From positions 29,199 to 93,198 of the forward strand of contig CAVONQ010000001.1 of assembly GCA_963697335.1 (NCBI GenBank): DNA of 64,000 bases. The letters run 5' to 3'. The DNA is from an uncultured cyanobacterium (GTDB lineage Bacteria; Cyanobacteriota; Cyanobacteriia; PCC-6307; Cyanobiaceae). The position numbers and the translations under genes were made by a program. Below the pieces are notes generated by a model. It saw only the letters and a list, made by a program, of their open reading frames with translations. It searched no databases and had not been told where the DNA came from. Below are positions 1 to 8,932 of this stretch, one piece after another; the first letter of the stretch is position 1, and every line of letters starts with the position of its first letter.

Positions 1-414
1 CACGGCGAGGAGCAGGTTGTCGCCATTGCTGCGAATCACGCTCAGGCGGTAGCCGGAGCCCAGATCGGAGCCACCCACCCGCAGGGAATAGCCATTGGCG
101 TCGAGGAAGCGGCCGCAGATGCCGGTGAAGTCGAAGGTGGACAGCAGAGGTTCCACCAAAGCCGGCTGGGAGCCGTTCACGGCGAAGCAGGGACGGGTGT
201 CGCGGATCTGCTCGTAGATGTTGAGCTGGGCCCGCTCCCCATTGCCGATCGGCGCGGCCACCAGCACGAAACTCTGGGGGTTCACCTCAGTGGCCTCGAA
301 CAGGGCCGCCGCGGCTGCCGGCAAGGCACCTGGGCCAAGGGCCGCGGCGCCGACCAGGGCCAGGGCGGTGCTCGCCAGACGAGCCTGGAAAGGGGGCAGT
401 GCGGACAACTCCAT
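1..414 (-). CDS. DUF3747-family secreted protein (3' end runs off the window)
   Basis: Manual translation from ATG at 414: signal-peptide-like N-terminus, then ...QLNIYEQI...LVEPLLSTFDFTGICGRFLDANGYSLRVGG..., which resembles cyanobacterial DUF3747. Confidence 0.75.
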   Translation of the reverse strand, partial: MELSALPPFQARLASTALALVGAAALGPGALPAAAAALFEATEVNPQSFVLVAAPIGNGERAQLNIYEQIRDTRPCFAVNGSQPALVEPLLSTFDFTGICGRFLDANGYSLRVGGSDLGSGYRLSVIRSNGDNLLLAV

Positions 415-529
415 CACAGCTCGGGCCGGAACGATGGTCATGGTATGCAGCCAGGCCCCAGCCCACCAGGGGCGGGGGGCCAGAGCGAAGGCTGTTCGCC
501 CCTGCCCAGGCTGGGCGGCCAGACCCGAC

Positions 530-730
530 TCAGGGCAGCGGGCGGTTGATGCGGATCGCCACCAGCAGGGAGGCCAGGGTGCCAGGAGCGCTCAACCCGA
601 GAATCCAGCGGGTGGGCGTGATGCCAAGGTCTGGGTCTCCGTAGGCCAGTTCGAACACTGAGCCAGTGGCGGCGATACCCAGCAGGCAGGCCAGGGCCAG
701 AAAGATCCCGGCCAGGGGCTTCATCGGCAT
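530..730 (-). CDS. small two-TM hypothetical membrane protein
   Basis: 66-aa ORF with two hydrophobic segments, 6 nt downstream of def on the same strand. Confidence 0.7.
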   Translation of the reverse strand: MPMKPLAGIFLALACLLGIAATGSVFELAYGDPDLGITPTRWILGLSAPGTLASLLVAIRINRPLP

Positions 731-736
731 GGGCGG

Positions 737-1342
737 TCAGCGGATCGGGTGAACGGCTTGGCGGTCGAAGCCCTTCTGCTGGAGCTCCTCGGTGAGGCTG
801 ATCTCGTCGGTGACGCGATCCACAAACAGCACCCCATTGAGGTGGTCCATCTCGTGCTGGATGCAGCGCGCCAGCAGCCCATCGGTGCTGAGCTTCTGGG
901 GACGACCCATCTCATCGCGGAAGCTCACTTCCGCCGTGGCCGGGCGCACCACATTGAGATACACCCCGGGAATGCTCAGGCAGCCCTCTTCGTAGGTGTC
1001 GATGGCGCCGCCGAAGGAGCGGATCTCGGGGTTGATCAACACCAGCGGAGGCGTGGCCGGGTTCTCGGGATCGAGATCGATCACCAGCAGCTGCTTGTGA
1101 ACCCCCACCTGGGGGGCCGCCAGGCCGATGCCCTTGGCGCTGTACATGCTGCGCAGCATGTTGCGGGCCAGCTCTCGCACGGACTCATCCACCTTGCTGA
1201 TCCGCTTGGCCGGAGTGCGCAGCACGGCATCGCCCAGGGTGTGAATCTGCAGCGGAGGCTCATCCAGGGCCTCTTTGGGCACCTGTACCGTGCGGCCTTT
1301 GAGTTCCGCCGAGCGCGCCATCTGGGCGAAGCTGCGAGCCAA
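737..1342 (-). CDS. def: peptide deformylase
   Basis: GIGLAAPQVG, EGCLSIPG and QHEMDHLNG motifs. Confidence 0.97.
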   Translation of the reverse strand: MARSFAQMARSAELKGRTVQVPKEALDEPPLQIHTLGDAVLRTPAKRISKVDESVRELARNMLRSMYSAKGIGLAAPQVGVHKQLLVIDLDPENPATPPLVLINPEIRSFGGAIDTYEEGCLSIPGVYLNVVRPATAEVSFRDEMGRPQKLSTDGLLARCIQHEMDHLNGVLFVDRVTDEISLTEELQQKGFDRQAVHPIR

Positions 1343-1406
1343 GGACCCTTCCTATGGAGTTGATGTCAGTTTAGGGCGACAGGCCCTGCGTTCTGGAGCG
1401 AGCCCC

Positions 1407-3392
1407 ATGAACCCTCGTCAGCCTCCAGAGCCCCTGCCGGCGGACACCGCGGTCGGCCGCAGCGCCAGCTTTCTCGAGCCCCGCCTCTGGGGCCCGCACC
1501 GGCTCTGGCTGGAGCAACGGCCCCAGGAGCAGGGCCGCACCACCCTGTTGCTGCGCTGCGGCGACGACGGCCCGGTGATCGAGCTCACGCCAGCGCCCTG
1601 GAACCTGCGCAGCCGCCTGCATGGCTATGGCGGCGGGGCCTATGCGATCGGGGATGGCGAACTGGTGTTCGTGCACGACGGCGATCGCTGCCTCTGGCAC
1701 CTGCGCCTCGACCCGGCCTCGGGACGCCCCCTGGCGGCACCGCGGCGCCTGACGCCGCCCGACCGGGGCGATGGCTCCGGTCAGGATGGCCCCGGTCCGA
1801 ATGGTCCCGTTCTCGCCGACGGGCTGATCGACCCGGGGCGCCAGCGCTGGATCGGAGTGCTGGAGCAGGGCGGCCACGACCAGCTGGTGAGCGTGCCCCT
1901 CGCGGGCCCCCTGACGGGAGGCCAGCCGCCCCAGCCGCTCCACCAGGCCGAGGACTTCTGCGCCTACCCCTGCCTGAGTCCCGATGGCAGCCAGCTCGCC
2001 TGGGTGGAGTGGCAGCAGCCGTTCATGCCCTGGCAGCGCAGCCAGCTCTGGCTGGCGGAACTGGATGGGCAGGGAACGCTGCTGCAGCCGCGCGTTGTGG
2101 CGGGTTCGGGGCCTGACGATCCCCGGGGGATCTCGGTGTTCCAGCCCCTCTGGATCGGCCCCCAGGCGCTCGTGGTGGCCTCCGATGAGAGCGGCTGGTG
2201 GAACCTGCAGCGGCTCGACACAGCCCAGCCGGCCCCCCCGCGCTGGCAGCCACTGCTGCCGCTGCAGGCCGAGTTCGCCCTGCCCCAGTGGGTGAGCGGC
2301 CTGCGCACCAGCGCCTGGGATGGCTCCGTGCTGGTGGCGGCGGCCTGTCGGGCCGGCTGCTGGGAGCTGGGCCAGGTGGTCCTGGAAGGGCCTGCGGCCG
2401 GCAGCGCCGCGGCCTGGCAGCCACTGGCCGTGCCCTTTGACGATCTGGCGGGCCTGGATGCCGCCGGCGGCACCGTGCTCGCCCTGGCCAGCCATCCCAC
2501 CACCCCCCAGGGGTTGCTGGAGCTGGAGCTGGCCAGCGGCAGCTGGCGCCACACCCCCGCGGCACCCGCCCCCCTCACCGCCGAGCAGATCGAGGCACCC
2601 CGGGCCCTCTGGTTCGAGGGCCACGGCGGGGCCCGCACCCATGCCTGGTTCCATCCGCCCAGGGGAGGCGCCACCGCCGCTTCGCCCCTGCTGGTGAAGG
2701 GCCACAGCGGCCCCACCGGCATGGCCCGCCGGGGCCTGCAGCTGGCCATCCAGTTCTGGACCAGCCGCGGCTGGGGGGTGGTGGACGTGAACTACGGCGG
2801 CTCCACCGGCTTCGGCCGCGCCTACCGGGAGCGGCTCGATGGCCAGTGGGGGGTGGTGGATGTGGCCGACTGCGCCGCTGCGGCCGAGGCCCTGGTGGCC
2901 GCCGGGGCAGCCAGCGGCCAGCGGATTGCCATTGAAGGTGGCAGCGCCGGTGGCTTCACGGCCCTGGCGGCCCTCTGCTTCACCGAGGTGTTCCAGGCCG
3001 GCGCCAGCCGTTACGGGGTGGCCGATCCGGCGGCCCTGGCACGGCACAGCCATCGCTTCGAGGCGCGTTATCTCGACGGGCTGATCGGACCCTGGCCCGA
3101 AGCCGAGGCCACCTATCGGGCCAGGTCTCCCCTGGAACACGCCGGGCAGATCCACTGCCCGGTGATCTTCTTTCAGGGCCTCGAGGACACCGTGGTGCCA
3201 CCCGAGCAGACCGACAGGATGGCGGCCGCCCTGGACGCCCGGGGGGTGCCGGTGGAGGTGCACCGCTTCGCCGGCGAAGGCCATGGCTTCCGCAGCGGCA
3301 GCGTGCAGGTGCAGGTGCTGGAGGCCACGGAGGCCTTCTTCAGGCGTCACTTTGCATTACAGGCCCTTCAGTCCCACGGACGAATGGGGTGA
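1407..3392 (+). CDS. S9 family (prolyl oligopeptidase / dipeptidyl aminopeptidase) peptidase
   Basis: GGSAGG nucleophile motif, DVNYGGSTGFG, QGLEDTVV and EGHGF; start placed at ATG 1407 (MNPRQ). Confidence 0.92.
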   Translation: MNPRQPPEPLPADTAVGRSASFLEPRLWGPHRLWLEQRPQEQGRTTLLLRCGDDGPVIELTPAPWNLRSRLHGYGGGAYAIGDGELVFVHDGDRCLWHLRLDPASGRPLAAPRRLTPPDRGDGSGQDGPGPNGPVLADGLIDPGRQRWIGVLEQGGHDQLVSVPLAGPLTGGQPPQPLHQAEDFCAYPCLSPDGSQLAWVEWQQPFMPWQRSQLWLAELDGQGTLLQPRVVAGSGPDDPRGISVFQPLWIGPQALVVASDESGWWNLQRLDTAQPAPPRWQPLLPLQAEFALPQWVSGLRTSAWDGSVLVAAACRAGCWELGQVVLEGPAAGSAAAWQPLAVPFDDLAGLDAAGGTVLALASHPTTPQGLLELELASGSWRHTPAAPAPLTAEQIEAPRALWFEGHGGARTHAWFHPPRGGATAASPLLVKGHSGPTGMARRGLQLAIQFWTSRGWGVVDVNYGGSTGFGRAYRERLDGQWGVVDVADCAAAAEALVAAGAASGQRIAIEGGSAGGFTALAALCFTEVFQAGASRYGVADPAALARHSHRFEARYLDGLIGPWPEAEATYRARSPLEHAGQIHCPVIFFQGLEDTVVPPEQTDRMAAALDARGVPVEVHRFAGEGHGFRSGSVQVQVLEATEAFFRRHFALQALQSHGRMG

Positions 3393-3430
3393 CGCCGGCT
3401 AGCAACGGTTCAGCCCCGTCACTCCTCCCC

Positions 3431-3988
3431 ATGTCCCGCCTGCTGCGCTGGGGCCTTGCCCTGGCCCTGGGCTCCGCTCTCCTGATCGCGGGCCTGCTGC
3501 TGCTGCCGTTCTCGGAATGGATGCCCGGCGGCACGGTGGGCGACATCCCCACCAGCACCGTGGTGAACGGCAGCGCCTTCAACCGCCTGTTCCCCACCCC
3601 GGGCCCCGGCGAGGAGTTGGTGTTCACCCAGGAAAAGCGGGGCTTCAGCCAGGCCCGCCTCAAGCAGGGGGGCGAGGCCCTGGCCCTGCTGGCCATCTCC
3701 GACACCACGACAGCCCCTGAGGCTCGTCAGAAGTTCGAGTCCAGCGCCGACACGCTCAAAGGCTGGCCGCTGGTGGAGCAGGGCCAGCAGGCCAGCGCCC
3801 TGCTGGTGGCCGAGCGCTTCCAGGTGAAGGTGATCGGCCAGGAAAAGGGGCTGGACCTGGCCCAGCGCCATGAGCTGCTGGAGGCCTTCGACCTGCCCGG
3901 CCTGGCCGCCCTGCCCCAGCCCAAGGGGAACCGCCAGGTCCTCAAACCGGCCCGGCCGGCGCTCAACCCCGCCCCGAACCCCGCATGA
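3431..3988 (+). CDS. hypothetical membrane-anchored/exported protein
   Basis: N-terminal hydrophobic helix followed by FNRLFP...FTQEKRGFSQARLK; overlaps the next ORF by ATGA; start could be 3389. Confidence 0.75.
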   Translation: MSRLLRWGLALALGSALLIAGLLLLPFSEWMPGGTVGDIPTSTVVNGSAFNRLFPTPGPGEELVFTQEKRGFSQARLKQGGEALALLAISDTTTAPEARQKFESSADTLKGWPLVEQGQQASALLVAERFQVKVIGQEKGLDLAQRHELLEAFDLPGLAALPQPKGNRQVLKPARPALNPAPNPA

Positions 3989-4872
3989 GCCGCACCGTTC
4001 TGGAACGACTGGAGCGCCTGCCCCGGCGCAACCTCACGGTGCTGGCCCTCAAGGGCATCAGCACCCTGGTGCCAGGGAGCTGGCAGAACACCACCCAGCC
4101 CGATGTGCTGATTGCCGAGGTGCTGGGCAGCACCGATCCGCAGCTGATCGCCCAGGTGCGTGCCCGCGCCGACACCCTCAGCCGCGCCCGCCATGAGGGC
4201 TATGGCCGCGCCCTGAGCCTCTACGACGCCGTCAACCGATCCCAGAAGGCCACCGGTGGCCTGCGGCTGGCGGCCAACATCGGCGCCGCCCTGCCCCTGG
4301 TCAAGGGCCTGGCCAACCTCACCCCCGCCAGCGACACCCTGCAGGCCACCGACCTGGCCCTCAAGGTGTCGGCCGAACTGCTGGCCTTCACCCAGGTGAA
4401 CGGCCTGCCAGGAGACAGCTTCGGCGACTTCAGCGCCTCCCTGGCCGACTACGCCGGCGATGCCCGGGTGCGGATGGCGGCCATGCTCTGCTTCGACGCC
4501 CTGCTGCCCCTGGGCGATCGGGCCCTGGAGCGCCTCGACGGCCTGCTGGGCCAGGTGGGCAGTGGCGATCTCAACCAACTGCCGGGCTACCGGGCCATGG
4601 CGCCCCTGATCCCCGGCCGCGGCGAGCAGGCCCACCTGGGCTTCCTGCGGCGGGGTGTGGACTCCTGGCTGGGCTGGGCCGGGGGCTTCGTGAGCAGCCT
4701 CGGCCTCAGCGGCCAGAAGGCCGTGCAGGCCCTAGAGGGCAGCCTCGGGCCCTGGCAGGGGCGCTTCGAGCAGCTGGCCACCTTCCTGGACGCCTTCACT
4801 GACACCTACCAGCACACCGGCACCCAGGCCGTGGCCAGAAGGCTGGTGGAGCGCGCCGCCGCCGAGATCTGA
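3985..4872 (+). CDS. hypothetical protein (295 aa, helical)
   Basis: Long ORF with strong GC3 bias, translationally coupled to the upstream gene. Confidence 0.8.
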   Translation: MSRTVLERLERLPRRNLTVLALKGISTLVPGSWQNTTQPDVLIAEVLGSTDPQLIAQVRARADTLSRARHEGYGRALSLYDAVNRSQKATGGLRLAANIGAALPLVKGLANLTPASDTLQATDLALKVSAELLAFTQVNGLPGDSFGDFSASLADYAGDARVRMAAMLCFDALLPLGDRALERLDGLLGQVGSGDLNQLPGYRAMAPLIPGRGEQAHLGFLRRGVDSWLGWAGGFVSSLGLSGQKAVQALEGSLGPWQGRFEQLATFLDAFTDTYQHTGTQAVARRLVERAAAEI

Positions 4873-4935
4873 GGCCCTCACCGGACCCGAAACCGGACCC
4901 TAGGATCCCCGTGCCAGCCAGATCCGGCTGACGTC

Positions 4936-6351
4936 ATGGGCCTGCAGGCGTTGGTGAGCTCGGAACTGATCGCGTGGGGTTCGACAGTTCTCGGGGCCGG
5001 AGGATTGCTGCTTCTTGAACGGGGCGCCTGGCTGGTGCTGGCCCTGGGCCTGCTGGCTGTGCTGCTGCTGGTGGCCGGCTGGGTGGCCCGGCGCCTGTCG
5101 CTGATGGTATGGGGCATTCCAGAGGCGCTGCTGGCCGGGGTGCTCGGCCTGCTGCTGGCGCCTGCGGGAGTTCTGCCCTGGTTGCCCCAGCCGGTGATGG
5201 ACATCTGGGCAGAGCTGCCCCAGGTGCTGCTCACCCTCGTGTTCGCCTGCCTGATGCTGGGCAAGCCCCTGCCCACCCTGGCCGGGCTGTGGCGGCCGGT
5301 ATCGGGCCAGGTGTCCCTGGCGCTGGTGCTCGCCTTTGGCCAGTACCTGGTGGGGGGCCTGGTGGTGCTGTGGATCCTCGAACCGCGACTGGGGGTGAGC
5401 CCGGTGATGGCCTGCCTGATTGAGGTGGCCTTCGAAGGTGGGCACGGCTCCGCCGCCGCCATGGGGCCGAGTTACGCGGCCCTCGGCTTCCCCGGAGGCC
5501 AGGCCCTGGGGCTCACCCTGGCCTCCGCCGGGCTGGTGGCCTCCACCCTGGTGGGGGGCCTGGTGGTGCTGCTGGGCCGGCAGCGTGGCTGGCTCACGAT
5601 CGACGCCGCCAGCATCAGCGAGCTGCCTCGCACCGGCAGCCTCGAACCCAAGCCACACCCTGGCGCCGCCGCCTGGCTGGTGAATCTGGCCCTCTCGGGC
5701 TGTGCCGTGCTGGTGGGGCTGGCCCTGCTGGGGCTGCTGCGGCTGGGTGGCGCCCTGGTGGGGGGCGGCATCGACACCGTGGTGGAAGACCTGCCGGTGT
5801 TCCCCTTCGCCATCGTGGGATCGCTGCTGGTGCGACTGCTGCTGGAGCGCACCGGCCAGGCCGGCCGGGCCTCGGCGCCGGTGCAGACGCGGCTCAGCAC
5901 CCTCTCCGCCGACCTGCTGATCACCGCCGCCACCGCCGGGCTGGACCTGGCCTTGCTTCGCGCCGACTGGCTGCCCCTCTCGGTGCTGATCGGCGCTGGC
6001 CTGGTCTGGAACCTGGCGGTGGTGCTGCTGCTGGCACCACGGATCCTGCCCCGCGACTGGTTTGAGCGGGCCGTGATCGAGTTCGGCCAGGCCACGGGGG
6101 TGGCGGCCAGTGGTCTGGTGCTACTCCACATGGCCGATCCCTTTGACCGCAGCACCGCCCTGCAGGCCTTTTCGATCAAGCAACTGATGCTGCAGCCGTT
6201 TCTGGCGGGGGGGGTGATCACCGTGGTGGCGCCCCTGGCCGTGGCCGGCTGGGGGCTGGCCACCTGGACTGGACTCTGTCTGGCGCTGGTGCTCGTGTTC
6301 GCCACCACGGGAATTGTGCTGGCCGGAGCACGGCCCCAGCTCCCGGCCTGA
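4936..6351 (+). CDS. gltS: sodium/glutamate symporter family protein
   Basis: Multi-TM protein with FEGGHGSAAA and FGQATGV re-entrant loop motifs. Confidence 0.8.
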   Translation: MGLQALVSSELIAWGSTVLGAGGLLLLERGAWLVLALGLLAVLLLVAGWVARRLSLMVWGIPEALLAGVLGLLLAPAGVLPWLPQPVMDIWAELPQVLLTLVFACLMLGKPLPTLAGLWRPVSGQVSLALVLAFGQYLVGGLVVLWILEPRLGVSPVMACLIEVAFEGGHGSAAAMGPSYAALGFPGGQALGLTLASAGLVASTLVGGLVVLLGRQRGWLTIDAASISELPRTGSLEPKPHPGAAAWLVNLALSGCAVLVGLALLGLLRLGGALVGGGIDTVVEDLPVFPFAIVGSLLVRLLLERTGQAGRASAPVQTRLSTLSADLLITAATAGLDLALLRADWLPLSVLIGAGLVWNLAVVLLLAPRILPRDWFERAVIEFGQATGVAASGLVLLHMADPFDRSTALQAFSIKQLMLQPFLAGGVITVVAPLAVAGWGLATWTGLCLALVLVFATTGIVLAGARPQLPA

Positions 6352-6377
6352 GAGCGAGCGGCCGAGCCCGCGCGGGA

Positions 6378-7052
6378 TCAGGCCCGCCCCTGCTCGCCGT
6401 AGTGGAGAGCGGCCATGGTGTGCGCCACCCGGGCCATCTCCTCGGCCGAGAGCTGGGGCGGTTCGCCCAGCTGCAGGGCCTGCAGGTACATGTGGGCGAG
6501 GGTTTCCACCTCGATCGCCAGGCCCAGCGCCTGCTCGGGGCTGTCACCCAGGGTCACCTGGCCGTGCTGGGCCAGCAGGCAGGCGCGGCGCCCGCTCAGG
6601 GCCTGCAGGGCGAGATCGGAAAGCTGCTGGCTGCCGAAGGTGGCGTAGGGAGCGCAGCGGATGTCCGGCCCCCCAGCCATCACCACCATGTAGTGGAACG
6701 GGGGAAGCCCGCGACCATGGCAGGCCAGGGCGGTGGCCTGGATCGAATGGCAGTGCACCACCGCATTCAGCTCCGGCCGGCTGCGCAGCAGGTCCGCATG
6801 CAGCCGCCACTCTGAGGAGGGTCGCAGGCCCTCCGCACGCGGCACGGCATCCAGGGGCTGGCCCTGGAGATCGATGGCGCACAGGTCGGCGGGCTCCATC
6901 CGTTCGTAGGGCGTGCCACTGGGAGTGATCAGCAGGCCCCCGGGGATCCGGGCTGAGAGGTTGCCGGAGGTTCCCTGGTTGATCCCCGCGCTGTTCATCC
7001 GTCGGGCCGCCAGCACCAGGGCCTGGCGCAGCTCGAGCTCCGGGCTGGCCAT
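6378..7052 (-). CDS. class II aldolase/adducin family, FucA/Ald2-like
   Basis: NQGTSGNLSAR, PSSEWRLH, VVHCHS, HYMVVMAGG..I.CAPYATFGS and LLAQHG motifs; start at ATG 7052. Confidence 0.88.
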   Translation of the reverse strand: MASPELELRQALVLAARRMNSAGINQGTSGNLSARIPGGLLITPSGTPYERMEPADLCAIDLQGQPLDAVPRAEGLRPSSEWRLHADLLRSRPELNAVVHCHSIQATALACHGRGLPPFHYMVVMAGGPDIRCAPYATFGSQQLSDLALQALSGRRACLLAQHGQVTLGDSPEQALGLAIEVETLAHMYLQALQLGEPPQLSAEEMARVAHTMAALHYGEQGRA

Positions 7053-7077
7053 GGGTGGGGGCGCAGGAATCCCGAGG

Positions 7078-8274
7078 CTAGAGACCAGCGGAGCTGGCCT
7101 CCGGCGAACGTCCCGCGCCGCCCGAACTGCCCGCGCCGCCCAAGTTTCCATAGAGCCCCAGCAGGCCGGCCTCGCTGGCCGGGGCCACGCCCCGCTCGGT
7201 GATCAGGGCTGTCACCAACCGGGCCGGTGTGACGTCGAAGGCCGGATTGAAGCCCTCGCTGCCAGCAGGAGTGAGGGCCACCGTGGCGTGCTCCATGGCC
7301 GCGGACTCTCCAGCAGCGGCGCTGGTGCCCCTGTTCAGCAGGCGACCGCTGATCTGGGTCACCTCACTGCCGGAGCGGGCCTCGATCGGAATCTCCGCGA
7401 GGCCGTCGCGCAGGCTCCAGTCGATGGTGGAGCCCGGCAGGGCCACGTAAAAGGGCACGCCGTTGTCGTGGGCGGCGAGGGCCTTGAGGTAGGTGCCGAT
7501 CTTGTTGCACACATCGCCGCTGCGGGTGGTGCGATCGGTGCCCACGATCACGGCGTCCACCAGACCGTGCTGCATCAGGTGGCCGCCGGCGTTGTCCACG
7601 ATCACGGTGTGGGGCACCCCCTCCCGACCCAGCTCGAAGGCGGTGAGGCTGGCGCCCTGGTTGCGCGGCCTGGTCTCGTCCACCCACACGTGCAGGTCCA
7701 GGCCAGCGCGGTGGGCCTTGTAGATCGGCGCCAGGGCCGTGCCCCAGTCCACCGTGGCCAGCCAGCCGGCATTGCAGTGGGTGAGCACCTGGAACGGCCG
7801 CCCCTGGCGTTCGACCGCTCGGCCGGCGGCCAAGGCCTCAAACAGCGCCAGGCCGTGGTCGCCGATGGCCGCGCACATGGCCACGTCCTCCTCGGCGATC
7901 GCCGCGGCCTCGAGGCGCGCGGCCTCGGCCCGTTCCTGCTCCGGCAAGGCCTCCACCCGCTGGCGCACCCGCTGCAGCGCCCAGCGCAGGTTCACGGCCG
8001 TGGGCCGGGTGGCGTTGAGCTGCTCGTAGGCCTGGGCCAGAGCGGCGTCGCTGGGGTCAGCCTGCAGGGCCAGCATCAGGCCATAGGCACCGGTGACACC
8101 GATCAGGGGCGCTCCCCGCACCACCATGCTGCGGATCGCCTCGGCCGCCGCGTCACAGCTGCTGAGCTGGCGGCTGGTGAAGCGGTGGGGCAGCAGGGTC
8201 TGGTCGATGACTCCCACCGAGCGCCCACCTGGCTCCAGCCAGATGGTGCGCCAGGCCTGGCCGTCAATGTTCAT
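7078..8274 (-). CDS. mtnA: S-methyl-5-thioribose-1-phosphate isomerase
   Basis: MVVRGAPLIG, TRPTAVNL, LTHCNAGWLA, ETRPRNQG, NKIGTY and NPAFDVTP motifs. Confidence 0.95.
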   Translation of the reverse strand: MNIDGQAWRTIWLEPGGRSVGVIDQTLLPHRFTSRQLSSCDAAAEAIRSMVVRGAPLIGVTGAYGLMLALQADPSDAALAQAYEQLNATRPTAVNLRWALQRVRQRVEALPEQERAEAARLEAAAIAEEDVAMCAAIGDHGLALFEALAAGRAVERQGRPFQVLTHCNAGWLATVDWGTALAPIYKAHRAGLDLHVWVDETRPRNQGASLTAFELGREGVPHTVIVDNAGGHLMQHGLVDAVIVGTDRTTRSGDVCNKIGTYLKALAAHDNGVPFYVALPGSTIDWSLRDGLAEIPIEARSGSEVTQISGRLLNRGTSAAAGESAAMEHATVALTPAGSEGFNPAFDVTPARLVTALITERGVAPASEAGLLGLYGNLGGAGSSGGAGRSPEASSAGL

Positions 8275-8900
8275 CGTTGGGAGGGGAAGGGGGGTGAGCA
8301 GGCGCTGTAGCCCAGCTGCTGGAAATCAGCCTGATACATGCGGCTGAGCGACTCAAGCGCAGCGCCATCGAGATCGGCCTCCCGATAGTGCTGCTTCGAG
8401 GCATTGATCCGCGGCGCACCCGCCTCGAGCCGGGCGTCCACACCCAGCAGCGTCAGCAGGGTGTTGACATCGTCGGCAAAGCGCTCGAACCGACCCAGGA
8501 ACTGGGGCTGAACAGGCCTGATGCGCCTGAACTGGGGCACGAAGCCCGCATGCCGGCGGTAGAGATCCTGGGCCTGCAGGGCCTCCACCACCTGCGGCAG
8601 GCTGGGCTTCTCATCCAGCAGCCAAAGCCGAAAGCTGGAGATCACACCCCGGTGGGCCGGCTGCCGGTAGCGGCGTTCATGGCGCACCGCCATGTCCACG
8701 TAGTAGTTGCAGGCGCTGATGAAGCGGTCCACCGGATGCCGCACGAACGTGAAGCGGAACCAGCGCTGCCAGTCACCGGGCAGTCCCTTGCTGGAGTGGT
8801 GCTGATGGCGGTGGGGGAAGCCGAGCAGGCGCTCGATGGTCTGCCCCCCGGTCTTGGGAATGTGCAGGAACAGCGCCTTGCGCTCGGGAAGCAACAACAT
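8271..8900 (-). CDS. sulfotransferase family 2 protein
   Basis: FLHIPKTGGQTI (5'-PSB) and FTFVRHPVDRFISA (3'-PB) PAPS-binding motifs; C-terminal YQADFQQLGY. Confidence 0.85.
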   Translation of the reverse strand: MLLLPERKALFLHIPKTGGQTIERLLGFPHRHQHHSSKGLPGDWQRWFRFTFVRHPVDRFISACNYYVDMAVRHERRYRQPAHRGVISSFRLWLLDEKPSLPQVVEALQAQDLYRRHAGFVPQFRRIRPVQPQFLGRFERFADDVNTLLTLLGVDARLEAGAPRINASKQHYREADLDGAALESLSRMYQADFQQLGYSACSPPFPSQR

Positions 8901-8932
8901 GGAGGAGTGGAGAAGGGCCCGGCAGCCCGATC

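Noticed and set aside
1681..1688. GCGATCGC (HIP1) octamers scattered through the window
   Set aside because: Only occasional copies were seen; I cannot show enrichment over chance in GC-rich DNA without counting
1371..3350. Long antisense ORFs (e.g. 1371-3350, 8939-11437, 35255-37060, 47122-48768, 50493-53966)
   Set aside because: They are shadows of well-supported genes on the opposite strand, expected in high-GC3 DNA, and show no recognisable motifs
4881..4900. Short direct repeat CCGGACCC x2 upstream of gltS
   Set aside because: Too short and GC-rich to be significant, with no supporting promoter context
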